Counted from the first letter of the stretch, positions 37,942 to 47,008 are shown. The stretch: DNA of 64,000 nucleotides from Candidatus Dormibacter sp. (GCA_039935655.1 JBDTJX010000094.1:5975-69974); one strand, 5' to 3'. Numbers and translations: made by a program. Notes: generated from the letters alone by a model not told the origin.

Positions 37942-39057
37942 TCACGGATACACGAAGCGCGCGTCACCGGGGAGCAGCCAGCCGAGGCCGTCGAGCATGC
38001 GGTCGCGCCAGCCCGTCCAGGTGTGGCCGTCGAGCGACTCGATCACACGCACCTGGTCGGCCATGTGTTCCAGCGTGTCCACCATCGCCAGGATGCGGTG
38101 CGCGGCCGGCTCGAAGGCGCCGTAGCTGACGAAGATCTTCTCGGCCACCCGCTGGGGATCGGCCCGGAGTCCGTTGACGAACCGCACCACCGGGTCGAAC
38201 ACGGGTCCACCCTCGTGACCGCGCCCCACCAGCGTGAACAGGAAGGAAGGCGACTGCAGGAGCACGCCGCCGTAGAACCCGGGAGCACGAACCGCCGCGG
38301 TCAACGCCGCGATGCCACCGAAGCTGGCGCCGGCGAGAAAGCGCCCGGCCGGTTCGCCGCGCAACGGGAGCCGCTTCTCGAGTTCCGGCACCAGCTCCGC
38401 GGTGAGGAAGCGACTGTGCGCCGCGCCGGCGCCGTACTCCTTGAGCCGGTCCACCGGGTGTGTGAACGCCACCACGCAGTCGGCCACGAGCCGCCGGTCC
38501 ATGAGGTTGTCGAGAACTATGCCCATCGACGCGTGGTTGAGGAAATCAGATCCGTCGTGCAGCACCAGCAACGGCAGGCGGTCGTCCACGCCCATCCGGC
38601 CCGGCGAGTACACGGTCACGTGGACACCGCGACGTAGGGCTCTGCTGGGCAGGGTGAGCTCCGTGATCTCCCCGGGAACGGACGCGGGGTTGTACCCCGT
38701 CCACCACGGCGACTCATAGCCGGCGGCCTCGAGCACCGACGTCTGGCCGGCCGGCCCGGTGACCCGCTTGCGATTCAACGGGTCGAGGATGCTCTCGACG
38801 TGGTCACCATGGCGCACCAGCAGCCGATACTCGACGCGCGCGCCAGGCGGCAGCTCGACTGACGCGTACCAGAGATTGGCGCCGCGCAGCCGCCGCATCG
38901 GCAGTGGCCGCTCGATCCCGACCACCCAGTGTTCGACGGCGACACTTTCGGCCTCCCCGCGAAACAGGAACGTCGCGCTCGGACCCTCGATGAGGGGAAC
39001 ACTGTTGTTCGCCAGCAGCTCGTCGATCGCCTCGGGCGTGCCTCCCGCGCCCCGCAA
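37942..39057 (-). CDS. enterochelin-esterase-like alpha/beta hydrolase (N-terminal beta-sandwich + esterase domain)
   Basis: The N-domain is ATFLFRGEAESVAVEHWV...WYASVELPPGARVEYRL. The esterase domain has LPLLVLHDGSDF and AGASFGG. The start is uncertain: TTG at 39057, or a CTG/ATC overlapping the upstream stop at about 39105. Confidence 0.72.
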   Translation of the reverse strand: MRGAGGTPEAIDELLANNSVPLIEGPSATFLFRGEAESVAVEHWVVGIERPLPMRRLRGANLWYASVELPPGARVEYRLLVRHGDHVESILDPLNRKRVTGPAGQTSVLEAAGYESPWWTGYNPASVPGEITELTLPSRALRRGVHVTVYSPGRMGVDDRLPLLVLHDGSDFLNHASMGIVLDNLMDRRLVADCVVAFTHPVDRLKEYGAGAAHSRFLTAELVPELEKRLPLRGEPAGRFLAGASFGGIAALTAAVRAPGFYGGVLLQSPSFLFTLVGRGHEGGPVFDPVVRFVNGLRADPQRVAEKIFVSYGAFEPAAHRILAMVDTLEHMADQVRVIESLDGHTWTGWRDRMLDGLGWLLPGDARFVYP

Positions 39058-39101
39058 CCGGGTGAGTGCGCGCTGTGGCGGCCCCCCCTTGGGCGCGCTG
39101 A

Positions 39102-40034
39102 TCAGGCCGCCTCCGAGGTGGCGGTCACGGTGCCGTCCGGTGCGACCACGCGCGCCAGCCGGAAGTCGGGCAAACCCGCGCTGTCGCAGGGAAGTCGGTC
39201 CCCGGGGTCGAGGAGAACGCACACGCGCGGAGCCACCCGACGGGCGAGCACGGCAAGACGGTTGCGATCGTCCATGTGCATACGCAAGCGCGCAGCCGCC
39301 AGCGGCACGACGCCGCGGACCACGCCGATGCCGGCGGTGAGCACCTCGGCAGGGCGATCGGCGAGGTCGTTGTCGTCGACGACCATGACCCGCTCGGCTA
39401 CCGCCATCGCCCCGGACGACCACGTCACCAGCGGCCGGTCGCCGAGGACGGCGCCGAGGTTGGAGAGATGCAAGGCCTCGGTGAGCACGCCCACGTGGCC
39501 ACCGGCCACGGCCACTGCGGCGCAGTCGGCGACGATCGCCGCCACCTCGGCGCGGTGTTTGGCGATGACCTCTCGATCATGCGGGCGCATCGTGCCGTAG
39601 AAGTCGTCGTGCGCCGCGGCGAGGCGCCGTGCGTAGCGCTCATCGATGCCGCGCACCGTCTCAACTGCTTCGTCCAATTCCCCGCCGGCCAGCCGCCGCG
39701 CCTTGGCCGCGTGCTGCCGCACCGCATCCACGCCGCGCAGCGCGTAGCGGAGCTGCACCAGGTACACCTCGCGCATGTCGGCCACCACGGCGCGCAGCGC
39801 ACGGTCGGCGGCGGCGTACTCCGGATCGCTCTGCATGATGTCGAGGCGACGGCCGAAGAGGCCGAGGTTGCGCGTCACGCCCCCGAGGGCTCGGTGCAGC
39901 TCGGCCTCGTTGCGCTCACCCTCCTCCCAGCCGGCTGTGACCAGCGCCACAGGGCCATCCACTCCCAGGGCGGTCAGCTCAGCGGCGACCGCGGCGCCGT
40001 CCGTGATCGGACCAAGCAGGACGGTGACGCTCAC
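39102..40034 (-). CDS. hypothetical protein; possible S51 (PepE/cyanophycinase)-like fold with a helical insertion
   Basis: The GTG at 40034 overlaps the ATP-grasp A stop (GTGA). The motifs VAGGHVGVL and TWSSGAMAV resemble the GGGNTF.LL and GWSAGA motifs of peptidase E. They are separated from the N-terminal part by about 110 helical residues. Confidence 0.45.
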   Translation of the reverse strand: MSVTVLLGPITDGAAVAAELTALGVDGPVALVTAGWEEGERNEAELHRALGGVTRNLGLFGRRLDIMQSDPEYAAADRALRAVVADMREVYLVQLRYALRGVDAVRQHAAKARRLAGGELDEAVETVRGIDERYARRLAAAHDDFYGTMRPHDREVIAKHRAEVAAIVADCAAVAVAGGHVGVLTEALHLSNLGAVLGDRPLVTWSSGAMAVAERVMVVDDNDLADRPAEVLTAGIGVVRGVVPLAAARLRMHMDDRNRLAVLARRVAPRVCVLLDPGDRLPCDSAGLPDFRLARVVAPDGTVTATSEAA

Positions 40035-41248
40035 GACGCGCGGACTTTGAGCGTCTGCCCGACGATGTCGAGCATGCCGCACAGCGTGTCGTAGTCAGGG
40101 TGGGCCATGCGCACCCACGCATTGGCCATGTAGCCGGCGTCAACCGGCTGCGTGGGGGTCCCCGGACTGGGCAGATGAACGTCGAGGATGTGCTCGCCAA
40201 ACCGTTGCTGCAGCTCGTCGATGCCGTTGTAGTGGCTGATCTGCCCATCGCGGTCCGGGCGCAGAGCCACGATCCCGGCCGCTCGGCGCCGCGACAATGG
40301 CCGGCCCACGTGGCCGTGGACGATTGCGTTGGCCCACTCGCGGTAGATGTCGATGTCGTTGGCGGCGGCATAGAGATCCCACGCGCGCACCCCCGGTGGG
40401 CGGCAGCCGATCTCGCTGAAGCGCAGCCCCTTGGGGCCGAAGAACCACTCCATGTGCGTCGCCGAGGTGCCGATGCCGAGCGCCTGCACGACGCGCCTGC
40501 CCATCTCGCGCACTGCGCGGTAATCAGGGACGGTGTCGACCCGGTTGGTGGTCACGAACTGCGGGCTGATCCAGCGCGTTCGCATCGCCTCGAGAACGTT
40601 GGGGTAGTAGTGGGTGACGAAGTCGTACGCCGGGTCGCCGCTGATGCTGAGCGTGTCGTAGAAGCCCTCGTGACCTTCGACGAATTCCTCGACGGCGATC
40701 GAGTCGACGTTGGCGAAACCGGCGAGCGCAGCGTCGAGACCGGAGTCACTGTCGACCCTCACCGTCCCCGACGCGCCGGCGGCGGCGCGCGGCTTGAGAA
40801 TCAGCGGATAGCCGACGTTCGCGGCGAAGTCGCGCACCGCGGCCGCTGATTGCACAGCGGCCGACGCCGCCGTGGGGATGCCGGCCTCGCGGAGAACCTC
40901 CTTCATCGACGGCTTGTCGCGGCACAGGTACGCGGTGCGCACCGATGTGCCTGGGATGCCGCAGGTCTCACGGGCCTCCGCGGCCGCCATGGTGTGCGCC
41001 TCGACGGCGACCTCGAGCCGGTCGACCCACAACCGCGACTGCACCCACCGAACGGCGTCGGTCAGCGCTCCGACGTCGGTGACGTTGCCAACCTGGTGGT
41101 AGTGCAGCATCCAGTCGCGCAGGTCGCCGTCGAGGTTGTCGATCGGGCGTTCGCCGATACCGATGACGGTCGCGCCCGCGGCGACCAGCCCGCGAACGAA
41201 CTCGCGCTGGTTGGGCGGGAAAGCCGGCTCGATGAAGATGACGTTCAT
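40031..41248 (-). CDS. ATP-grasp domain ligase, paralog A
   Basis: 405 aa. It has a pre-ATP-grasp N-domain and CRDKPSMKEVLREAGIPT...GYPLILKPRAAAGASG...EEFVEGHE...HMEWF...SEIGCRPPG. Confidence 0.85.
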   Translation of the reverse strand: MNVIFIEPAFPPNQREFVRGLVAAGATVIGIGERPIDNLDGDLRDWMLHYHQVGNVTDVGALTDAVRWVQSRLWVDRLEVAVEAHTMAAAEARETCGIPGTSVRTAYLCRDKPSMKEVLREAGIPTAASAAVQSAAAVRDFAANVGYPLILKPRAAAGASGTVRVDSDSGLDAALAGFANVDSIAVEEFVEGHEGFYDTLSISGDPAYDFVTHYYPNVLEAMRTRWISPQFVTTNRVDTVPDYRAVREMGRRVVQALGIGTSATHMEWFFGPKGLRFSEIGCRPPGVRAWDLYAAANDIDIYREWANAIVHGHVGRPLSRRRAAGIVALRPDRDGQISHYNGIDELQQRFGEHILDVHLPSPGTPTQPVDAGYMANAWVRMAHPDYDTLCGMLDIVGQTLKVRAS

Positions 41249-41309
41249 TTCCCGGCGATCCTACCGGCGTGGTCACGAGCGCCGCCGCCTGCTTGCCTAC
41301 ACTCCGCCG

Positions 41310-42533
41310 GTGCCGTCCGCCGTATTCGTCGCCCCCTTCCTCCTCGAGGCCACCGTTCGATTCGTCGACGCGGCGGCGTCGATCCCCGGGGTGCAGCTGG
41401 GCTTGATCAGCCAGGACCCCGTGGAGAGGCTCCCCGAGGCGGTTCGCCACAAGCTTGCCGCGCACTGGCGGGTCGACGACGGCGTCGACCCCCAGCAGAT
41501 CGCCGGCGCCACGCGTGGTCTCGCCGGGGCCCTCGGGGGCGTCGATCGCCTGGTCGGCATGCTCGAGCAGCTCCAGGTGCCTCTCGGGGCGGTGCGCGAC
41601 GCCCTGCACATCCCCGGGATGGGCGCCGAGGTGGCGCTCAACTTCCGCGACAAATCGCGGATGAAGGCCATCTTCGCGCGCAGCGGCGTGCCCTGCGCGC
41701 GCCACGGTGTTGCCACCTCAGCCTCCGAGGTGGCGGAGATCGCGGTGCTGCTCGGCCTGCCGATCGTCGTCAAACCGCCCGCAGGAGCCGGGGCGCGGGG
41801 CACCTTCCGGATCGACACGCACGAGCAGCTCTTCGACTGGCTGCAGACGGATCCGCCGACTGAGCACTCACCCGCCCTCCTCGAGGAGTTGGTCACCGGA
41901 GCCGAGCACAGCTTCGACAGCGTGTGCCTCGACGGCCGCGTGGTGTGGCACTCGATCTCGCAGTACCTGCCGACCCCCTTGGAGGTGCTCGAGAACCCCT
42001 GGATCCAGTGGGCCGTGCTTCTCCCCCGGTCCATCGACGGGCCGGAGTTCGACGGTATTCGCGATACCGCGGCGCACGGGCTGCGGGTGCTCGGCATGGA
42101 CACCGGTTTCAGCCACATGGAGTGGTTCCGACTGCGTGAGGGCCGGTTGGCCCTCTCCGAGGTTGCGGCGCGGCCGCCGGGAGCGCAGTTCACCTCGCTG
42201 CTCTCCTACGCGCACGACGTCGACATGTACGACGCGTGGGCGCGCCTGGAGATCCTCGGCGAGTTCGAGGCCCCGCAGCGCTGCCACGCGGTGGGCGCTG
42301 TTTACCTGCGCGGCCAGGGCGTCGGCGTTGTGCGTGGCGTGCACGGCCTCGAGACGTTGCAGAAGGAGCTTGGCGACCTGGTCGTGGAGGCTCGGCTGCC
42401 CCATGAGGGCCAGCCCCGCAGCGAGAGCTACGAGGGCGAGGGCTACGTCATCCTCCGCCACGACCGCACCGAGGTCGTCGCCGCAGCCCTGCAACGGGTC
42501 ACCGAGGTGGCACGCATCGAGATGACCGGCTGA
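41310..42533 (+). CDS. ATP-grasp domain ligase, paralog B
   Basis: The start is the GTG at 41310. It has FRDKSRMKAIFARSGVP...GLPIVVKPPAGAGARG...EELVTGAE...HMEWF...SEVAARPPG. It aligns by eye along its whole length with A and C. Confidence 0.85.
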   Translation: MPSAVFVAPFLLEATVRFVDAAASIPGVQLGLISQDPVERLPEAVRHKLAAHWRVDDGVDPQQIAGATRGLAGALGGVDRLVGMLEQLQVPLGAVRDALHIPGMGAEVALNFRDKSRMKAIFARSGVPCARHGVATSASEVAEIAVLLGLPIVVKPPAGAGARGTFRIDTHEQLFDWLQTDPPTEHSPALLEELVTGAEHSFDSVCLDGRVVWHSISQYLPTPLEVLENPWIQWAVLLPRSIDGPEFDGIRDTAAHGLRVLGMDTGFSHMEWFRLREGRLALSEVAARPPGAQFTSLLSYAHDVDMYDAWARLEILGEFEAPQRCHAVGAVYLRGQGVGVVRGVHGLETLQKELGDLVVEARLPHEGQPRSESYEGEGYVILRHDRTEVVAAALQRVTEVARIEMTG

Positions 42534-42534
42534 C

Positions 42535-43758
42535 GTGATGCGGACGGTGCTGATCATCTCGCCGGGCTACCCAGCCGAGATGCCGTTCTTCGTGCGCGGC
42601 CTGGCCGCCACCGGGGCGCGCGTGATCGGCGTCGGCGACCAGCCTGCCCACGCGCTGCCCCAGATGGCCCGCGACAACCTCGCCGACCACTGGCACGTGC
42701 CGTCCTTCGCTGACGAGGCGGGCATTGTCGCAGCGGTGCGCGACCGCGCCGCCCGCGTCCACGTTGACCAGGTCGAGTCGCTGTGGGAGCCGACCATGGT
42801 GCTCGCGGGCCGCCTGCGCGAGGCCCTCCGGGTGCCTGGCATGACGGTGGCGCAGACCATCCCGTTCCGCGACAAGGAGGCGATGAAACAGGTGCTCGAC
42901 GCGGCGGGTATCCGCACGCCCCATCACTACAGCGCGACGACGTCGGCCGGCATCCGTGAGGCGGCCGAGGCCATCGGCTACCCGGTCATCGTCAAGCCGA
43001 TCGCCGGCGCGGGATCGGCGAACACGCACCGCGCCAACACCGCCGCCGAGCTCGAGGCGGCGCTGCCGGACCTCGCCCGGGTGCCCGAGGTGAGCGTCGA
43101 GGAGTTCGTCGATGGCGAGGAGTTCACCTTCGACACCATCTGCGCCAACGGATCGATCCTGTACGAGAACATCTCCTGGTACCGGCCGAGGCCGCTGATC
43201 GCCCGCTCGCTGGAGTGGATCAGCCCGATCACCCTGGCCCTCCGCGACCCGAGGGTGGCGAGTCTCGCCGCGGGCCGGGCGATGGGCCATGCGGTAATCC
43301 GGGCGCTCGACTTCCGCGATGGCTTCACCCACATGGAGTGGTATCGCCGCGCCGACGGAGAGGTGGTGTTCGGCGAGATCGGCGCGCGGCCGCCGGGCGC
43401 CCGCACCGTCGACGTCATGAACTACAGCTGCGACACCGACCTGTACACGCGCTGGGCCGAAGCGGTGGTGCTCGGCCACTTCACGAGGCCGATCACCCGC
43501 GCGTACAACAGCGCGGCAGTGTGCAAGCGGGCCAGCGGTCAGGGCCGGATCACCCACATCGAGGGTCTGGGCCGCTTGCTCAGCGAGTTCGGCGAATGGG
43601 TGACGGCGGTTGACCTCCTGCCCATCGGCTCACCGCGGCGCGACTGGAGGCAGACGTTGCTCTCCGATGGTTGGGTGATGGTTCGCCACCCTGAGCTGGC
43701 GTCATGCATCGAGATCGCCGACCGCTTCGCCGGCGACCTACAGCTCTACGCGGGTTGA
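42535..43758 (+). CDS. ATP-grasp domain ligase, paralog C
   Basis: It starts 1-4 nt after the stop of B. It has FRDKEAMKQVLDAAGIRT...GYPVIVKPIAGAGSAN...EEFVDGEE...HMEWY...GEIGARPPG. Confidence 0.85.
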   Translation: MMRTVLIISPGYPAEMPFFVRGLAATGARVIGVGDQPAHALPQMARDNLADHWHVPSFADEAGIVAAVRDRAARVHVDQVESLWEPTMVLAGRLREALRVPGMTVAQTIPFRDKEAMKQVLDAAGIRTPHHYSATTSAGIREAAEAIGYPVIVKPIAGAGSANTHRANTAAELEAALPDLARVPEVSVEEFVDGEEFTFDTICANGSILYENISWYRPRPLIARSLEWISPITLALRDPRVASLAAGRAMGHAVIRALDFRDGFTHMEWYRRADGEVVFGEIGARPPGARTVDVMNYSCDTDLYTRWAEAVVLGHFTRPITRAYNSAAVCKRASGQGRITHIEGLGRLLSEFGEWVTAVDLLPIGSPRRDWRQTLLSDGWVMVRHPELASCIEIADRFAGDLQLYAG

Positions 43759-44927
43759 GCGTCGCGTGATTTCTCTGATGCGGCGGCACGTGGTCGCGGT
43801 CCGTCCAGCCGCAGCTCCTCGACGAGGCTGTCGACGACGTCGAGCAGCGTGCCGCCGGCCGCGACCACCTCGCGCTGACGGATATAGCTGGGCCCTCGTT
43901 CCATCACCGCAAGCACGTCCTCGAGCTCATCCGAGCAGCCGAGGCGGCGAGCGATCGGGCTCAGCTCCTCCACCAGCTCGGTCATGGCGTCGCGGAGCGG
44001 GACGGTGGCGCCCTCGTTGTCGACGATGATGTGCGCGTCGATGCCGTGGCGCGCCGCCCGCCACTTGTTCTCGCGGACCACCCACGGGTGCGGGAAGGGG
44101 ATCCGGTAGCCGCGGTCCATCAGCGCGTCGAACCGTTGCACCAGGCACTGACTGAGCGCGGCGACGGCTGCCACCTCGCGCAGCGTCGGCAGCCCGTCGC
44201 AGATGCGCAGCTCCACCGTGCCGAACCCGGGGTGGGGACGGATGTCCCACCACACCTCACGGATGCTGGCGATGGTCCGTGCGGCGATCAGCGTGTCCAT
44301 GAACCGTTCGAACTCGATCCAGCCACTGAGCTGCCACGGCGGCCCGGCGGTGGGCAAACCCTCGAACACCTTGGACCGGGTGGACGCGAGGCCGGTGTCG
44401 TGGCCCATCCAGTACGGGCTCGACGCGCTGATAGCCAGGAAGTGTGGGATGTAGTACGAGAGGCCGTTGACCATCGCGATGGCCTTCTCGCCGCTGCGCA
44501 CGCCGACGTGCACGTGGATGCCGAAGATCTGCATCTGCCGCGCCGGCCACTGCATCTCCTCGACGAGGCGGCCATAGCGCTCATTGGGAGTGATCTCCTG
44601 GTTCGCAGGGTCGCTGAACGGGTGGGTCCCGGCGCACATCAGCCGCAACCCGGCGCGATCGGTGTAACCGGTGACCTCGTCGAGGGTGCCGGTGAGGTCG
44701 GCGCGCGCCTCGCCGACCGTCTGGCAGATGCCGGTGATGATCTCGATGGTCGACTGCAGCAGTTCCGCCTTGGCCTTGGGGTGGATCCCGTCGGGGTGGC
44801 CGTCGCCCATCTCGATGAGCACCTCGTGGCCACCCTTGACCAATTCCCGCGACGTGGGGTCGATCAGGGCCAGCTCCATCTCGACGCCGACGCTGGGGCG
44901 CGGGCTGGCGGCGAAGTGGATGGGCAC
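43746..44927 (-). CDS. carboxylate-amine ligase, glutamate-cysteine ligase family 2 (GCS2/YbdK-like)
   Basis: The GTG at 44927 lies 2 nt after the upstream TAG. It has SVGVEMELALID...AELLQSTIEI.T...GTHPF...FGIHVHVG...ASSPYW.G.DTGLAS.R. The rest of the 512-aa ORF is Arg-rich shadow sequence. Confidence 0.88.
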   Translation of the reverse strand: MPIHFAASPRPSVGVEMELALIDPTSRELVKGGHEVLIEMGDGHPDGIHPKAKAELLQSTIEIITGICQTVGEARADLTGTLDEVTGYTDRAGLRLMCAGTHPFSDPANQEITPNERYGRLVEEMQWPARQMQIFGIHVHVGVRSGEKAIAMVNGLSYYIPHFLAISASSPYWMGHDTGLASTRSKVFEGLPTAGPPWQLSGWIEFERFMDTLIAARTIASIREVWWDIRPHPGFGTVELRICDGLPTLREVAAVAALSQCLVQRFDALMDRGYRIPFPHPWVVRENKWRAARHGIDAHIIVDNEGATVPLRDAMTELVEELSPIARRLGCSDELEDVLAVMERGPSYIRQREVVAAGGTLLDVVDSLVEELRLDGPRPRAAASEKSRDAQPA

Positions 44928-44929
44928 GA

Positions 44930-46177
44930 CTACGCCGTCGCCGCCACGCGCTGGTCGTGGGCCCAGAGCCCGAGCAGGCCGCGGAAGTGGGCGAGGAACA
45001 TCTCGATTTCGTGCGCTGGGTACGTCGAGCGCACGGTGTTGATCAGCAGCCGGTCGAAGTCGTCGCCCTCCACCCAGTCGACGCATGCCTCGTCGACGTG
45101 GGCGAGGTGGCGTGCGCAGAACTCCACGTAACGCACCACCTCCAACTGGCGATCGGCCAGCCGGCGGTATTCGCGCAACTTGGCGGCATAGTCGAGGTCG
45201 TCGCGGTCGGCGATCGCGAAGTAGCTCCTCGTGTCGAGGTCCACTGTCGGTCTGCGGCCGGTCACGCAGCAGAAGATCACCCACTTGAGCAGCGTGCGGA
45301 TCGCCCAGGGGAAATAGTAGTGCAGGCTGGTCACCGCCAGGTCAGGGGTGGCGTTGGCGTAGTCGATCGGGTAGATGACGCCGTCCTTGATCAGCGTCTC
45401 GCAGCTGTTCAGCTCCCAGCGGAAGAAGGCGTTGACCGTGCGCGCGATGCTGATCACCTCGTCGCCCTCGGCGGCGCTGAGGAAGTTGTGGTCGACCGAA
45501 TACCGTGAGTGCATCGGGCGCGACGGGTGGAAGTGCATCACCATGGTCTCGGCGCCGATGCCGAGGCTGCGTGAGAAGACCTCGAAGTCGTCGACGCTGG
45601 CCTGCAGGTGCATCAGCCGCTCCGCTGACTCGTCGTACGCCTGGTGCAACGATGCCATGTCCTCAATGCGGGTTACGCCCACCCACGCGCCCCCGTCGAA
45701 CGGCTTCATATAGAGCGGCATGCCCACAGCCTCGGCCACGGCCTCGAGCTCGAAGGGGCGCAGGTAGCGCTCCGCGGTCGTGGCCATCCTCGGGTTGTCG
45801 GGCGGTACCTTGTTGGGGACCATCCATGTCTCGGGGACGCGCAGCCCGAGCCGCATCATGGCGCAGTACGCCGCGTGCTTCTCCATGGACTGGAAGGTGA
45901 ACGGGTTGTTGAGCAGGTGGACCTCGTTCATCAGCGCCACCTTCTTCAGCCACTCACGGGGCAGCGTGTACCACCAGGCCAGCCGGTCGATGACCAGCGA
46001 GTGGCGGGGCACGGCCCGCAGGTCGAAGGGTTCGATGGTCACCCGCTCGGTGGTGAAGCGATGGGTCTCGCCGCCATGCTCGATGGCAGGCGCGACCCGG
46101 TCGAGAAGTGACTCGAACGCTGCCGGCCAGTCCTCCTCGGCGCCGAGGAGCAATCCAATCACGTGCGTCGTAGGCAT
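44930..46177 (-). CDS. ATP-grasp-like (RimK/glutathione-synthetase-like) protein with a C-terminal helical extension
   Basis: The start is the ATG at 46177 (MPTTHVIGLLLG...). The sequence SMEKHAAYCAMMRLGLRVPETW...PLYMKPFDGGAWVGVTRI...YPIDYANATPD is reminiscent of ATP-grasp B/C-domains. The upstream 300 codons of the ORF overlap the methyltransferase on the other strand. Confidence 0.65.
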   Translation of the reverse strand: MPTTHVIGLLLGAEEDWPAAFESLLDRVAPAIEHGGETHRFTTERVTIEPFDLRAVPRHSLVIDRLAWWYTLPREWLKKVALMNEVHLLNNPFTFQSMEKHAAYCAMMRLGLRVPETWMVPNKVPPDNPRMATTAERYLRPFELEAVAEAVGMPLYMKPFDGGAWVGVTRIEDMASLHQAYDESAERLMHLQASVDDFEVFSRSLGIGAETMVMHFHPSRPMHSRYSVDHNFLSAAEGDEVISIARTVNAFFRWELNSCETLIKDGVIYPIDYANATPDLAVTSLHYYFPWAIRTLLKWVIFCCVTGRRPTVDLDTRSYFAIADRDDLDYAAKLREYRRLADRQLEVVRYVEFCARHLAHVDEACVDWVEGDDFDRLLINTVRSTYPAHEIEMFLAHFRGLLGLWAHDQRVAATA

Positions 46178-46240
46178 GAGACGAGCGAATACTGTCACGC
46201 CGAGCCGGCGCGTGTCGCTGGTCACCGACAATAGGCAGCG

Positions 46241-47008
46241 ATGACCGCCACCGCATCCGCCCCCGTCGTCGACTGGCAGGGCTGGCTGGACCGCTGGGAG
46301 GCTCAACAGGGCGCGTACATGCCCGACCGCGAGGAGCGATTCAGCGTGATGATCGGCGCACTGGCGGCACTGTGCGGCGAGGCTCCGCACATCGTCGACC
46401 TCGGCTCCGGCCCGGGATCGCTGGCGCGGCGGGTGCTCGAGCGGCTGCCGGGCGCGCGGGTGACGGCGATCGACATGGATCCCGTGCTTCTCGCCATCGG
46501 GCGCAACGCGCTCGGCGACCAGGGTGGGCGGCTGCGCTGGCTCGACGCCGACCTGCGTTCGCGCTGGCGGCCCGCCGACGCCGAGCAGGTCGACGGGGCC
46601 GTCTCGACCACGGCGCTGCACTGGCTGCAGCCCGACGCGCTGGCGGCTCTCTACCGTCACCTCGGCACCGTGCTGCAACCGGGTGGCGTGTTCATCAACG
46701 GCGACCGCCTCAGCTTTCCTCCCGAGTCCCCACGCATCGCCGCCGCTGTCGATGACATGCGCGACCAGCGTGACCAGGCTCCTCCCCCGACCGGCGAATC
46801 GTGGGAGGAATGGTGGACCGCCGTCGAGCAGGAGCCGGGGCTGGTGGACCAGGTGGCCGAGCGCAAGCGGCGCCGCCACGATCATCCCGACCACGAACGC
46901 CAGGCCGACATCGCGGTGCATGTGCAGGCGCTGCGCGAGGCCGGCTTCAGCGAGGTCGAGACCATCTGGCAGAAGCTCTCCGACCGGGTGCTCGTCGCTC
47001 TGCGCTGA
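46241..47008 (+). CDS. class I SAM-dependent methyltransferase
   Basis: Motif I is IVDLGSGPGSLARRVLERLPGARVTAIDMDP. The post-I/II motifs are TTALHWL and LQPGGVFINGD. Confidence 0.85.
   Translation: MTATASAPVVDWQGWLDRWEAQQGAYMPDREERFSVMIGALAALCGEAPHIVDLGSGPGSLARRVLERLPGARVTAIDMDPVLLAIGRNALGDQGGRLRWLDADLRSRWRPADAEQVDGAVSTTALHWLQPDALAALYRHLGTVLQPGGVFINGDRLSFPPESPRIAAAVDDMRDQRDQAPPPTGESWEEWWTAVEQEPGLVDQVAERKRRRHDHPDHERQADIAVHVQALREAGFSEVETIWQKLSDRVLVALR

Noticed and set aside
40031-43758. The ATP-grasp trio as a graspetide/microviridin-type RiPP cluster.
   Set aside because: I found no small precursor-peptide ORF in or next to the cluster; the spacers are 61, 1-4 and 63 nt. The enzymes are ~405 aa with a pre-ATP-grasp N-domain, unlike the ~320-aa graspetide ligases. 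Free-substrate ligation is the more economical reading. It still needs an HMM check.
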